Source: an uncultured Acidobacteriaceae bacterium (lineage in GTDB: Bacteria; Acidobacteriota; Terriglobia; Terriglobales; Acidobacteriaceae). Taken from it: DNA of 64,000 bases. Both the position numbers and the translations under genes were made by a program. Within the stretch, counting starts at the first letter, position 1. Every line of letters begins with the position of its first letter. The notes beneath the pieces are model-generated. The model saw nothing but the letters and a program-made list of their open reading frames with translations, searched no databases and was not told the origin of the DNA. The stretch is from assembly GCA_963766625.1 (NCBI GenBank), contig CAVYBF010000013.1:89987-153986 (forward strand). Reading direction: 5' to 3'. Below are positions 38,193 through 47,963 of the stretch, piece after piece.

Positions 38193-39401
38193 CTACTTCA
38201 CCGCCACTCCTGAGGGATAGTTGAAGCTTGTAATGGGAGGCTGAGGGCTCAGGGTTCCAGTCGCCGGGTTGACGGCGTATTCCGAAATGTTGGCGGAATT
38301 GAGATTGGAAACAAATAGCCAACTATCGTCTTTCCGGATAGCCATCGAAACCGGCTCCAGGTTAGTCGCGATGGGCGCACCGGTGAACGCAGTTAAAGTT
38401 CCGTTAGCCGAACTGATGCCGTAGCCTGAAATCTGATTTGAACCGGTATCTAAAACGTAGAGCCATCTCCCGTAGGGATCCACCAGTAGTGGCCCTGGAT
38501 TGTCTCCAGCCGGATAAGGCGAACCCACGATCGGTTGCAGGCTGAAATCGGCGTTCGGGCAGCTTTTTGCAAGAGAAGCCGCATAGCAGATGGTATACGC
38601 GCTGACGTTGTTATTTGGAGACCCATTGGACACGTAAAGGAATCGATTGCACGGATCAACCGCCACCCCTGAGGGAACTGTCCCGGTGGGAGTGCCGCTG
38701 GCAACGGAGTTAAACGGAGTCAACCGCAAGCTGCCCGTCGACAGAACCCGATAGTTCAGCACTGCATAGTTTACTGAGTCCGTGACATAGAGATTTTCCG
38801 TGCTCGGAGGCGTACCCCCCGAACAGTAGGCAAATTGTGCGGGATAAACCGTGGGCGTCACAGCCAGAGCCGATGCCACGGGAGCCTGTCCGCCAGGTTG
38901 CACGACCAGAGGGGTAGGCGTGCCGACTTGCGTTAGGGCAGCATTCGGACCGATGGAATATACATAGACCGACCCACCGACGGCAACGAACAAGAACTTG
39001 CCGGTAGAATCCATCACCAGAGCCTTCGGGGGCGTAGGAAGAGTAACGTGACCGATATTGGCAAGCTTGCCGTCCGAAAGAATATTGAAGGTTTCGATGC
39101 CGTTGATGCTACCCCCCGGCACCGCCGGATTCTCCTGCAAAATCAAGTAGGCGTGCTCGCCTTCCGGGTCAAGAACCACTTGGGTCGGAATTCCCAAAGT
39201 CGGCGGGCCGTTGTCATTGTAAATCTGCGCTACGTGTCCATTTTGCAGATCGACACTGAAGCTCTGCATCACTGCCAGACCCTGACTGGGAGAAACTAAC
39301 AGAGCGTCATTGTTAGGCGCGTACTTAACGGTGCAAGCCATCAGCAACCCGAACGCAACCAGAACCAGAATTGCCAACAACCAGGTAAATCGTTTCCCCA
39401 T
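38193..39401 (-). CDS. lipoprotein, lactonase-type 7-bladed beta-propeller family
   Basis: It has a lipobox (AFGLLMAC). Repeated blades read P..(V/L)(V/A)(V/L)DP.G(K/R)(F/W)LYV.., for example VVLDPEGEHAYL, LVMDSTGKFLFVA, VAVDPCNRFLYVSN, LLVDPYGRWLYVLD and MAIRKDDSWLFVSN. Confidence 0.6.
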   Translation of the reverse strand: MGKRFTWLLAILVLVAFGLLMACTVKYAPNNDALLVSPSQGLAVMQSFSVDLQNGHVAQIYNDNGPPTLGIPTQVVLDPEGEHAYLILQENPAVPGGSINGIETFNILSDGKLANIGHVTLPTPPKALVMDSTGKFLFVAVGGSVYVYSIGPNAALTQVGTPTPLVVQPGGQAPVASALAVTPTVYPAQFAYCSGGTPPSTENLYVTDSVNYAVLNYRVLSTGSLRLTPFNSVASGTPTGTVPSGVAVDPCNRFLYVSNGSPNNNVSAYTICYAASLAKSCPNADFSLQPIVGSPYPAGDNPGPLLVDPYGRWLYVLDTGSNQISGYGISSANGTLTAFTGAPIATNLEPVSMAIRKDDSWLFVSNLNSANISEYAVNPATGTLSPQPPITSFNYPSGVAVK

Positions 39402-39619
39402 TCTTCCTATTTATCTCCCTGTGAACGTGCAGACGGGCTCCCCGGTTCCTAGCACCGGGCACAGATTTATGCTCTTGAGACGAGAATTGCCAATCACTTG
39501 TGTATCAGGAATGCGCGGGAAGAGCAAACTCGTACAGCAATGATTGGAACCGCAGAAGCCCCCGAGAGTTGCCCGAAGTCGATTGGATTAAAGCGAAGCA
39601 CGCGGTCGCGCAAAACTGG

Positions 39620-41029
39620 TCACGCCTCCCGTTCCGCGGGAACTACCTCGAGAATCTTTTCCACGACGGCACTCTCCGTCATCAGTGGAAGGTGGATCTC
39701 AACTGCGAGTCCGCCTTGGGCACGATTCGATGCCTTGACGCGTCCACCATGAGAGCGCACTGCGCGTTCCGTAATCGCCAGGCCAAGGCCTACTCCACCG
39801 GTCTGGCGGCCACGCGCATCGTCGAGGCGGTAGAACGGCTGAAATAGCTTTTCCAGAGCGTCAGGTGGAACACCGTCGCCGCAGTCCGTGACTCGAATCA
39901 CCGCCTCGGCAGGCCGGCTGGTTTCGCTCTTCTCGAGGTGAATCTCAACCGTAGAACCGTCGCGAGTGTAGCGAATAGCGTTGCGCACAACATTCTCAAT
40001 CGCACTGTGCAAAAGGGAAACATCTCCGCGCACGGCCCAATTTCCCTCAGGAATGTCGCTGTGCACGTGGCAATGTCGCGCCTGCGCTTCGAATTCCGCA
40101 TCTTCGGCCACGCTGAGCACCACTTCATCCAACAACACAGGGGTCGAAGGCACGCGCTGTTCTCCATCTTCCATGCGCGCCAGAGTCAACAAACGGCCGA
40201 TGAGTTCGTTCAAACGCCCGGCTTCGAGTTCGATGCGTTCCAGCATCGCTGCACTTTCGGGACCGGATCGCTGCCGCGCCAGTCCCAGCGCCACATTCAA
40301 TCGCGCCAGCGGCGATCTCAGTTCATGAGAAATATCATTCAGCAGCCGGGATTGCGCTTTGACTAACGTCTCCAGGCGTTCCGCCATGGCATCGAAATCG
40401 CGAACCAGCCCCGCAATCTCGTCATGTCCTTTCGGATTTCCAGCACGGGCCGTGAGGTCGCCCGCGGCGAGTTGCTGGGTTGCCGCCCTCAACCGCGAAA
40501 CGGGCTTGGTCATATATCGGGCGAGAACATAACAAACGATTCCCGAAGAGAGCACTGCGATGATCAAACCCGGCATTGGTATGCCCCAGGGCCCAAAGAA
40601 GACTCGCGGTCCTGGCGGCAATTCCATGGCTATGGTGTAAAGATGCCGGCCATCGTCCGAAGCTTTCGATTCAGTGAGAATCTGCGGCCGCGGAAAAACC
40701 AGCCCGGGACGCGCAGGTAACGGACGGCCAGCGGCCACGTGTTCAGCCCATCCTGGACTCGACCGGCCCGAAATCTCATTTCCCTGACCGTCGAAAACAT
40801 AGGCCCGTACGTGCTGCTTCATTTGCAGATTTTCCAGGTAATCGCGGGCTTTTTGCGTACCGCCGTGCTCGTAAGCGTCGACTGCTTCGGTGAGAGCAGT
40901 AGATCGCAGCGCCTCCCATGTAGCGTTACGCTGCGGGCGCAAGGCGAGCATCACAAGAATCGCCAGCACAAGAAAAAGAGCTTGCGCCACCCAGAAGGAA
41001 ATAAAAATTTTTAGGAACAAGCTCTTCAT
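39620..41029 (-). CDS. sensor histidine kinase (periplasmic sensor - HAMP - HisKA - HATPase_c), CpxA-like architecture
   Basis: It has two TM segments. The kinase boxes are the H-box DISHELRSPLARL, the N-box VVRNAIRYT, G1 DCGDGVP and G2 GGVGLGLAI. Confidence 0.9.
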   Translation of the reverse strand: MKSLFLKIFISFWVAQALFLVLAILVMLALRPQRNATWEALRSTALTEAVDAYEHGGTQKARDYLENLQMKQHVRAYVFDGQGNEISGRSSPGWAEHVAAGRPLPARPGLVFPRPQILTESKASDDGRHLYTIAMELPPGPRVFFGPWGIPMPGLIIAVLSSGIVCYVLARYMTKPVSRLRAATQQLAAGDLTARAGNPKGHDEIAGLVRDFDAMAERLETLVKAQSRLLNDISHELRSPLARLNVALGLARQRSGPESAAMLERIELEAGRLNELIGRLLTLARMEDGEQRVPSTPVLLDEVVLSVAEDAEFEAQARHCHVHSDIPEGNWAVRGDVSLLHSAIENVVRNAIRYTRDGSTVEIHLEKSETSRPAEAVIRVTDCGDGVPPDALEKLFQPFYRLDDARGRQTGGVGLGLAITERAVRSHGGRVKASNRAQGGLAVEIHLPLMTESAVVEKILEVVPAEREA

Positions 41030-41064
41030 GGTTCGTTGTCGTCCGCACTTAGGGCTGGCTAATT

Positions 41065-41814
41065 TTAACTCTGCGCGGTGCTTTTCACCGCGTCCGTCTT
41101 ATCGTTGGCCCTTTCGCGCGGACGCGCAAAAATGTAGCCTACGCCCCGAATCGTCTTGATGTGCTCATCGGCATCGGTGTCGCCCAATTTTTTTCGTACT
41201 TTACTGACGTGCATATCGATGCTGCGATCGAAGGGCGAGAATTTGCGGCTGAGCACGGCATTCACCAGGCGCTCGCGGGGCACGACGCGTCCGGCTTCGC
41301 GCAGCAATACTTCGAGCAGATTAAATTCTACCGAAGTGAGATCGACGGGCTGTCCGTCGCGACGCACGCTGCGCGTAGCGGGATCGAGTTCAATGTCGCC
41401 CACGCGAACGATTTCCGGTGCCGCCGCTGCCGATTTATCTCCGCGAGTTCGCCGCAGAATCGCTCGAATGCGCGCCACCAACTCGCGCGGGTTGAAGGGT
41501 TTCGGCAGATAATCGTCGGCACCAATCTCCAAACCGACAATGCGATCCACATCTTCTCCGCGAGCCGTGAGCAATAAGACGGGCAGCCGCGAAGTGGCGC
41601 GGATTCTGCGCAGCACTTCGAAGCCATTGATGCCGGGCAGCATCACGTCCAGGACAACCAGCAAATAGCCGCCGCTGGCAGCGCGCTGCAGGCCGCTCTC
41701 GCCGTCATGCACCGACTCCACGGTGAACCCCTCCGCCTGCAAGTACTCACCCACCAGGGTGCAGAGTTCAACATCGTCGTCAATAATCAGAATGCGTTCC
41801 ATCTTATCTTTCAT
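41065..41814 (-). CDS. OmpR-family response regulator (CpxR-like)
   Basis: The receiver domain has ILIIDDD..LVVLDVMLPGINGFEVL..LLTARG. The C-terminal winged helix reads LTSVEFNLLEVLL..IKTIRGVGYIF. Confidence 0.9.
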   Translation of the reverse strand: MKDKMERILIIDDDVELCTLVGEYLQAEGFTVESVHDGESGLQRAASGGYLLVVLDVMLPGINGFEVLRRIRATSRLPVLLLTARGEDVDRIVGLEIGADDYLPKPFNPRELVARIRAILRRTRGDKSAAAAPEIVRVGDIELDPATRSVRRDGQPVDLTSVEFNLLEVLLREAGRVVPRERLVNAVLSRKFSPFDRSIDMHVSKVRKKLGDTDADEHIKTIRGVGYIFARPRERANDKTDAVKSTAQS

Positions 41815-42033
41815 TGTGCCTCACACTGCCTGCGGCAGGGGTAAAGAATTGTCAAACTGTTAAAACCAAATGGTCAGCCGGTGTTCTCCTGTTTGACAAA
41901 ACTTTACTCGGGTTTACCGTCTTTTTACTACTTCGAAGAGAAATTTGGTGTTTTCATAAGCGTACGGAAATAAGTCCAAGGTTCCGGAAAAAGAACCGGT
42001 CTTTCGGGCGAAAATCAGGAGATTAACCAGCTT

Positions 42034-42534
42034 ATGAAATCGATTCGTTTTCGGTTCCTCGTAGCAGCGCTGGCAGTGATGCTGGGTGCTGCAATTGCCA
42101 ATTCGCAAACTGCGGATTCAACTCCGCCGCCTCAACACATGCACGGTCCGGGAATGTTCGGCATGGACCATCACATGATTCAGTTTTACGTCAAGGCTCT
42201 GGGCATAACGGATGAGCAGCAAACTCAGATGAAGACGGCCCTGCATCAAGAGCGCGTGACGATGAAGCCGTTGATGCAGCAAATGCACCAACTGGATCAG
42301 CAGCTGAAGCCCTATGTGCAAGGCACATACGATGCAACCAAGGTGCAAGCCCTGGTTTCAGCGCAGGCGCAGACCCTGGTGCAGTTGAGGGTGGAACAGG
42401 CACGCATTCACAACGAGCTCTACCAGATGCTCACGCCAGATCAGCAGGCCAAGCTGAATGAGATTCAGGCGGAACGCCAGGCGCGCATGCAGCAACGCAT
42501 GCAGAGCGCTCCATCCAGCGACTCGCAACAATAA
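42034..42534 (+). CDS. periplasmic Spy/CpxP-family (LTXXQ motif) protein
   Basis: It has a signal peptide (FLVAALAVMLGAAIANSQ) and the motifs ITDEQQTQM and LTPDQQAKL (LTXXQ). It is helical and Q-rich, and is divergent from the RR/HK pair. Confidence 0.75.
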   Translation: MKSIRFRFLVAALAVMLGAAIANSQTADSTPPPQHMHGPGMFGMDHHMIQFYVKALGITDEQQTQMKTALHQERVTMKPLMQQMHQLDQQLKPYVQGTYDATKVQALVSAQAQTLVQLRVEQARIHNELYQMLTPDQQAKLNEIQAERQARMQQRMQSAPSSDSQQ

Positions 42535-42611
42535 CTGCCCGCGCGGGGTTGAGTTTTGGCTCGACCCCGCGACATTGACCCGGCACGTCTTCGCCCCCAA
42601 GGAGCGATGCC

Positions 42612-42779
42612 ATGGAACTGTTGCAATCGTTTGTATTTGACTTGATGTGGCTTTTTTTCGCGGTATGGGGCACAGCCCTCATCACGCTGGCCGTAATCAC
42701 CTTTAAGCCAGACATTCTGACGACGGCCGATCAGTCGAACCCATCGGCAGAGTTGGGCACTCGCGCAGTTTCCAAGTAG
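42612..42779 (+). CDS. candidate small membrane protein (55 aa)
   Basis: This is my own translation, MELLQSFVFDLMWLFFAVWGTALITLAVITFKPD.., with one TM helix. AAGGAG lies 8 nt upstream of the ATG. It is below the size cutoff of the ORF track. Confidence 0.3.
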   Translation: MELLQSFVFDLMWLFFAVWGTALITLAVITFKPDILTTADQSNPSAELGTRAVSK

Positions 42780-42881
42780 GTGACTTGTCATTCCGAGCGA
42801 AGCGAGGAATCTGGTTTTTGCTGCCGACTCCGCCGTTTCGACTTGCGACCTGCCTGTTAAAATTTCATCTACAGAACTTGC

Positions 42882-44630
42882 ATGTTTCCCAAACGCCTGC
42901 GACCGCTGCTCCCTTACCTCAAGCAATACCGTTGGGGACTGCTGGTCGGCGCTCTCTGTGTCGTATTCAGCAATGGCGCGTTGGTTTTGCAACCCAAGCT
43001 GATCGGCAATGCGGTGCAAGACCTCAACACGAGTGTAACCTCGGCGAAGCTGCTGCGCTTCGCATGGGAGATGCTCGGACTGGCCGCTATTCGCGGCATC
43101 TTTCTCTTTCTGACCCGCTGGGTTGTCATCGGCATTTCGCGTGATATTGAATTCGACTTGCGCAACGATCTTTTTGCCCACCTGGAAACGCTTTCTTATT
43201 CCTACTACCAGCGCACTCGCACCGGCGACATTATGGCTCGCATGACGAACGACTTGAATGCCGTCCGCATGTTGATGGGACCGGCGATTATGTACTCGGC
43301 GAACACGCTGGTGTTCACTGCCGCCGCCTTGTCGTTCATGGTGCATATCAGTCCCAGGCTCACCTTCTATGCATTTCTTCCTCTGCCCGTGGTGAGTGTT
43401 GTCGTTCAATATTTTGGCCGGCAGATTCACGAACGCTTCGAAAAAATTCAGGCAATGTTCTCGGAAATTTCGGCGCGGGCACAGGAGAATTTTTCAGGAG
43501 CGCGCGTCATTCGCGCCTACGTCCAGGAGGAAGCCGAGATTAAATCTTTTGAAGCAGCGAACCAGGAATATGTCTCTCGCAGCCTGAAACTAGTTCGTCT
43601 CATGGGCATGCTGTGGCCGACGCTGGAGTTCATGCTGGGCCTCGCGATGGTGCTGGTGCTCTGGATCGGCGGCCGCGAAGTCTTGGCAGGACGCATGGAG
43701 ATCGGGGGTTTCACGGCCTTCACCATTTACATGATGCAGTTGACATTTCCCGTGATCGCGCTGGGCTGGGTGGTCAATATTTTTCAGCGGGGTACGGCCT
43801 CTCTGGTGCGCCTGAACGAGATCTTGCAGGAGCAACCCGAGATCAAAGACGAAGCAAAAGCTGAGACCGCTCCCGTCGAAGAAGTTGAGGGTGAAATCGA
43901 ATTCCGTGGACTGAATTTCTCCTACGATGGAAAACCCGTGCTGCAGGACGTGAACCTGCTGATCCCGGCAGGTACCAGCATCGCGATCGTAGGTCCAACC
44001 GGCTCAGGCAAGACTACGCTGATGAGTCTGATTCCTCGCATTTACGACGCAGCACCCGGCACCGTTTTGATCGACGGCCGGCCTATTCGAGACTTCTCCA
44101 TTACGTCGTTGCGCAAGCATATCGGCTTCGTGCCCCAGGAAACATTTCTGTTCAGCGATCGCATCCGTGACAACATCGCTCTCGGTGTGGAATCCGCCAG
44201 CGATCAGGAGATTCACGATGCGGCCGAAGCCGCCAGTATCGCCAATGAAATTGAAAGCTTTCCCGAGAATTATCAAACGATGGTTGGCGAGCGCGGCATC
44301 ACGCTTTCGGGGGGACAGAAGCAGCGCACAGCGATTGCCCGGGCTCTGATTCGTAACCCGCGGATCCTCATTCTGGATGATGCGCTCTCCAGCGTCGACA
44401 CTCATACGGAAGACAAAATTCTCAACCACCTGCGCGAGGTGATGCAGGGGCGGACCACTATCTTTATCTCCCATCGCGTCTCGACAGTTCGCAATGCCGA
44501 TCGCATCGCGGTGCTGCACGACGGCCGCATTGTGGAAGCCGGCACCCATGACGAACTGCTGGCGCTTAACGGATATTACAGCGATCTCTACAACAAGCAA
44601 CTGCTGGAGGAGGAATTGGCCGAAGTTTAG
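42882..44630 (+). CDS. ABC exporter, fused TMD-NBD (MsbA/lipid-A-flippase-like type)
   Basis: It has a six-TM ABC_membrane domain. The NBD motifs are Walker A GPTGSGKTT, signature LSGGQKQR, Walker B ILILDDALS and an H-loop SHR. Confidence 0.9.
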   Translation: MFPKRLRPLLPYLKQYRWGLLVGALCVVFSNGALVLQPKLIGNAVQDLNTSVTSAKLLRFAWEMLGLAAIRGIFLFLTRWVVIGISRDIEFDLRNDLFAHLETLSYSYYQRTRTGDIMARMTNDLNAVRMLMGPAIMYSANTLVFTAAALSFMVHISPRLTFYAFLPLPVVSVVVQYFGRQIHERFEKIQAMFSEISARAQENFSGARVIRAYVQEEAEIKSFEAANQEYVSRSLKLVRLMGMLWPTLEFMLGLAMVLVLWIGGREVLAGRMEIGGFTAFTIYMMQLTFPVIALGWVVNIFQRGTASLVRLNEILQEQPEIKDEAKAETAPVEEVEGEIEFRGLNFSYDGKPVLQDVNLLIPAGTSIAIVGPTGSGKTTLMSLIPRIYDAAPGTVLIDGRPIRDFSITSLRKHIGFVPQETFLFSDRIRDNIALGVESASDQEIHDAAEAASIANEIESFPENYQTMVGERGITLSGGQKQRTAIARALIRNPRILILDDALSSVDTHTEDKILNHLREVMQGRTTIFISHRVSTVRNADRIAVLHDGRIVEAGTHDELLALNGYYSDLYNKQLLEEELAEV

Positions 44631-44824
44631 CTGGCGAACTCTATCAGGGCCTCATAAATGATTTTGGGAGGGAATCAATGACTTGGGGTGCCGCTAGAGT
44701 TCACGGAGTGCGTGGGCTTTGGCCCCTGAGGGAACCCTGCTTAGCCCCTTTTCCATTTATCATTGTGCGGCACGCTGGCTTGCCGAAAATAGTGTAGTAG
44801 TCTTTGTTCTGTAGCACCTCTTCC

Positions 44825-45679
44825 ATGCAGCGAGTCGACGCGCCTGAGATTCTCGATTCCGACACCTGCTCTGCCGCGGAAGTTCAAGCTGTTCTGAAAA
44901 CACTGGGCCGGATCAATCGCTGGTTCGGCGGCGTGGCAACCACACAAAGCTTGGTTGAACGCGTAGCTGACGTCGCCGATAGAAAAACCCTCTCGCTCTT
45001 AGAAGTCGCATCCGGCGCGGGCGAAGTGCCGCTGTTGGTCCGTGACGGAGTCGCGCAGCATGGAATTTCATTGACCGTGACGTTGCTCGATCGTGCTCGT
45101 TCTCACCTGGTTCAGACTCACCTGGGTGAGACTCATTTGGTTCAAACTCACTTGGCCCAGAGCGGCACTTCAAAAAAAGACGAAGCACTGGGAACGTCCG
45201 CGGTGGCCGCCCACGCGCTCGCTCTCCCTTTCAGTGACGGAGCTTTTGACCTGGTAAGTTGTAGCCTTTTTGCCCATCACCTTCCGCCTGAACAGTTAAC
45301 AACATTCGTGGGAGAAGCATTGCGCGTCAGCCGCCTGGGACTGCTAATTAATGACCTGGTGCGCCATCCAATGCATTTAACCTTGGTTTATGCCAGTTTC
45401 CCCATCATGGGGAGCCGCATCGCGTGGCTCGATGGACTTACCTCTGTGCGCCGCGCTTATCGACCCAGCGAAATGCGCGCGATGCTTTCTTCGTGCGCGC
45501 CGGCGCTGGCGAAAATAGAAATCTCGCGCCATTATCTTTTCCGCATGGGCGTGATTGTGTGGAAGAAGAGCCCCGGTCGTGACCGGTCTTATGGCAGCGC
45601 GCTAACGGACAACCAGCACTTCCCGGATGCTGTCTCGCGCCAAAAAGAATTTGATCGAAGCGAAATCCCGAAACAGTGA
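44825..45679 (+). CDS. class I SAM-dependent methyltransferase
   Basis: I prefer the ATG at 44825 (MQRVDAPEILD..). Motif I is LLEVASGAGE, and the post-motif region is FDLVSCSLFAHHL. It contains an in-frame 4 x 15-bp tandem repeat. Confidence 0.75.
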   Translation: MQRVDAPEILDSDTCSAAEVQAVLKTLGRINRWFGGVATTQSLVERVADVADRKTLSLLEVASGAGEVPLLVRDGVAQHGISLTVTLLDRARSHLVQTHLGETHLVQTHLAQSGTSKKDEALGTSAVAAHALALPFSDGAFDLVSCSLFAHHLPPEQLTTFVGEALRVSRLGLLINDLVRHPMHLTLVYASFPIMGSRIAWLDGLTSVRRAYRPSEMRAMLSSCAPALAKIEISRHYLFRMGVIVWKKSPGRDRSYGSALTDNQHFPDAVSRQKEFDRSEIPKQ

Positions 45680-46315
45680 CTCGATGTGGCGATTGTTGAA
45701 GACGCGCTGCAACTGAAACCCGTCCGACACCGCCGTGTGCACGGCGCCGGTCGGACCACGGCGGGTTTCACGCCGAAGTTCAATCTTCTGCATTTCCAGA
45801 ATGTCGGCTCCGACGATATGGAAACGATGACACGGTGCATCCGGGCCGGCGTCCCGTGTATGAAAGAATGCCAGCAGCATCCCGCCCGGCTTCAGCACCG
45901 ACCATAATCTTCCCACTACCGGTTTCACCAAACCCTCATCGAGATAGTCGGCCAGGTTCCAACACAAAATAGCGTCAAACTGGGCAGCAGGATACACCAG
46001 ATTCTCGGCAAGAAATTTGCGGCTATCCAGAATGGAAGTACCATTTTCATCTTTGGTGATAAGCCCAGGATCCGTAGAAGCTGTCAGCAAATCTTCGCTG
46101 TAAATTTTGTGTCCGCGCTCGGTGAAGTGCAAAATGTTGGTGGCCGAAGTTGATCCCAAATCAAGAACGCATAGGTTTTCGGAGGTTTCCCAGTGGCGCC
46201 ACAACTCTCCCAAACCGCTGGAGCGGCGGGTCATTTTTTGCGCTTGTGCCGGAGCGGTCTCCGGTGCCGATGAACCGCGAAAGAATTTCATGAGGCTCTG
46301 CGAGGCTGACACCAT
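45602..46315 (-). CDS. class I SAM-dependent methyltransferase
   Basis: Motif I-like VLDLGSTSATN is present, followed by FDAILCWNLADYL and LKPGGMLLAFFH. It is convergent with the previous gene and overlaps it by 78 nt. Confidence 0.7.
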   Translation of the reverse strand: MVSASQSLMKFFRGSSAPETAPAQAQKMTRRSSGLGELWRHWETSENLCVLDLGSTSATNILHFTERGHKIYSEDLLTASTDPGLITKDENGTSILDSRKFLAENLVYPAAQFDAILCWNLADYLDEGLVKPVVGRLWSVLKPGGMLLAFFHTRDAGPDAPCHRFHIVGADILEMQKIELRRETRRGPTGAVHTAVSDGFQLQRVFNNRHIESLFRDFASIKFFLARDSIREVLVVR

Positions 46316-46435
46316 ATTATCTGCATGGAACTGTTGACATCAAAAATTGGAGGAGTTTTCAGGATCTTTTGTTCGTCGGACGCGCAACTTTCGCTCGCAG
46401 GACCAGACAGGCTATCGCCACACCCTCTCACTTCG

Positions 46436-46780
46436 TCACTTGATATCGGTGCGGTGAATATCAACTTTCCCCTTCAAAAAAGCACCTTCTTCAATGGAGA
46501 TTCGCTGCGTGGCAATGTCTCCCGTTACGCTGGCAGACTTACGTAATTCGACGCGATCGCTGGCTTGTATGTTGCCCTCAAGTTTACCCTGCACGACGAC
46601 GCCCTTGGCGTCTATGCTGGCTTTGACCTGACCGTTAGGACCTACCGTCAAACTATTGCCTTTTAAAGCGATTGTGCCTTCCACCAGGCCATCGAGGTAC
46701 AAATCTTCGCTGCCGGAAAGTTCACCTTTTATTACCACCGACTTGCCGATTTGCGCTAAACCACTACTGGCTGTACTCAT
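46436..46780 (-). CDS. bactofilin (DUF583 polymer-forming cytoskeletal protein)
   Basis: It is 114 aa with a beta-helix repeat pattern, VIKGELSGSEDLYLDGLVEGTI..VVVQGKLEGNIQASDRVELRKSASVTGDI..ISIEEGAFLKGKV. Confidence 0.85.
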   Translation of the reverse strand: MSTASSGLAQIGKSVVIKGELSGSEDLYLDGLVEGTIALKGNSLTVGPNGQVKASIDAKGVVVQGKLEGNIQASDRVELRKSASVTGDIATQRISIEEGAFLKGKVDIHRTDIK

Positions 46781-46922
46781 GGAAAACTCCTGAAACCCGG
46801 AAAGTCATTGCGCCGCTCGCCCGGAAGGAAAACCTGGGATACAACCGGAATACGGCCCACTGCAACGACTATACGCAAGGCAAGACTATGCGGCAAGCCA
46901 GGATGACGGTCTTAGTTCTACA

Positions 46923-47900
46923 ATGAGTGCTGTAGAGAACATATCCAGCTCTATTGCTAGACTCGAAGCTGCCGAAGCGTCGCTGCTGAAAATGATTTTT
47001 AGAATTCTCGCCGTCTTATCGCTGCTGTCCTGTCTCCCAGGCATAGGGAGCGTCCCTCTATTGGCCGAAGAACAACCGCTTTCTGCCATTCAGTTGGTGC
47101 GAGTAACGGTCGCGAACGAAGTCGCTGCCGGGGACGTCAATGGCATTAAGCACATGTTTCGGGACCGCAAGAAGACTCCGCAAGGCTCCCAGACCAGAAT
47201 CTATGTGGAAACCCGCGATGGTATGGCTGGGATGACCGTTGCTTACAATGACAAGCCACTCAATCCTCAGCAAATGGAAAACGAAAAAGGACGTCTGGCC
47301 GGACTGGCTGGCAATCCGGAGCAACTGAAACGTAAACAGCGGGAGCAGAAGGAAGATGGCGACCGCAGCCTTCGCATCGTGAAGGCGCTACCGGACGCAT
47401 TTGTTTTTCAGTATGACGGAACCGTTCCCGGCGCAGCCGCGATCGGCCATGAAGGCGTGGATCTCATCCGCCTGAAATTTCGTCCCAATCCTTCGTTCCG
47501 TCCACCCTCCCACGTGGAGCAGGTGCTGGTGGGGATGAGTGGAATTCTCCTCATTGACCCGGTGCAGCATAGAATCGCGGAAATCGACGGCACCCTGTTT
47601 CAGCCGGTGGGTTTCGGATGGGGGATTCTGGGCCGCCTTGACCGAGGTGGACACTTCCTGGTTGACCAGGCAGACGTAGGCGAGGGCTGCTGGGAACTCT
47701 CGCATATGGCTTTGAATTTTACCGGCAAGATCTTGTTTTTCAAGAACATCTCTATCAAATCGGAGGAAGTGTTCAGTAATTTCCGGCGTGTGCCCGACGG
47801 CACGACTTTTGCCCAAGGTGTGAAACTGCTGGAGACGGAGAGCACCAGGCTGGCGCAAGGCGGAGCTGAAACTGAGGACGCAAAGAGTACGTCAGAATAG
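46923..47900 (+). CDS. hypothetical secreted/anchored protein
   Basis: It is 325 aa with a hydrophobic N-terminal segment (MIFRILAVLSLLSCLPG). I recognised no motif. An alternative start lies at about 46992. Confidence 0.5.
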   Translation: MSAVENISSSIARLEAAEASLLKMIFRILAVLSLLSCLPGIGSVPLLAEEQPLSAIQLVRVTVANEVAAGDVNGIKHMFRDRKKTPQGSQTRIYVETRDGMAGMTVAYNDKPLNPQQMENEKGRLAGLAGNPEQLKRKQREQKEDGDRSLRIVKALPDAFVFQYDGTVPGAAAIGHEGVDLIRLKFRPNPSFRPPSHVEQVLVGMSGILLIDPVQHRIAEIDGTLFQPVGFGWGILGRLDRGGHFLVDQADVGEGCWELSHMALNFTGKILFFKNISIKSEEVFSNFRRVPDGTTFAQGVKLLETESTRLAQGGAETEDAKSTSE

Positions 47901-47963
47901 CGGGTTTTCGCTAGCGCTACTTTCAGAGAAAACCCCTGTCAAGGTTGCTTGCTTCCGCTCGGA

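Noticed and set aside
42542-42571. Stem-loop CGCGGGGT-N14-ACCCCGCG after the Spy-like gene as a terminator
   Set aside because: The loop is large and no T-tract follows, so it is not convincing as an intrinsic terminator.
42465-43430. 321-aa minus-strand ORF
   Set aside because: It is antisense to the ABC exporter TMD and runs through the REP-like hairpin and intergenic DNA. Its composition is skewed (R/Q/H-rich).
44004-44600. 198-aa minus-strand ORF
   Set aside because: It is antisense to the ABC nucleotide-binding domain, which has canonical Walker A, signature and Walker B motifs on the plus strand.
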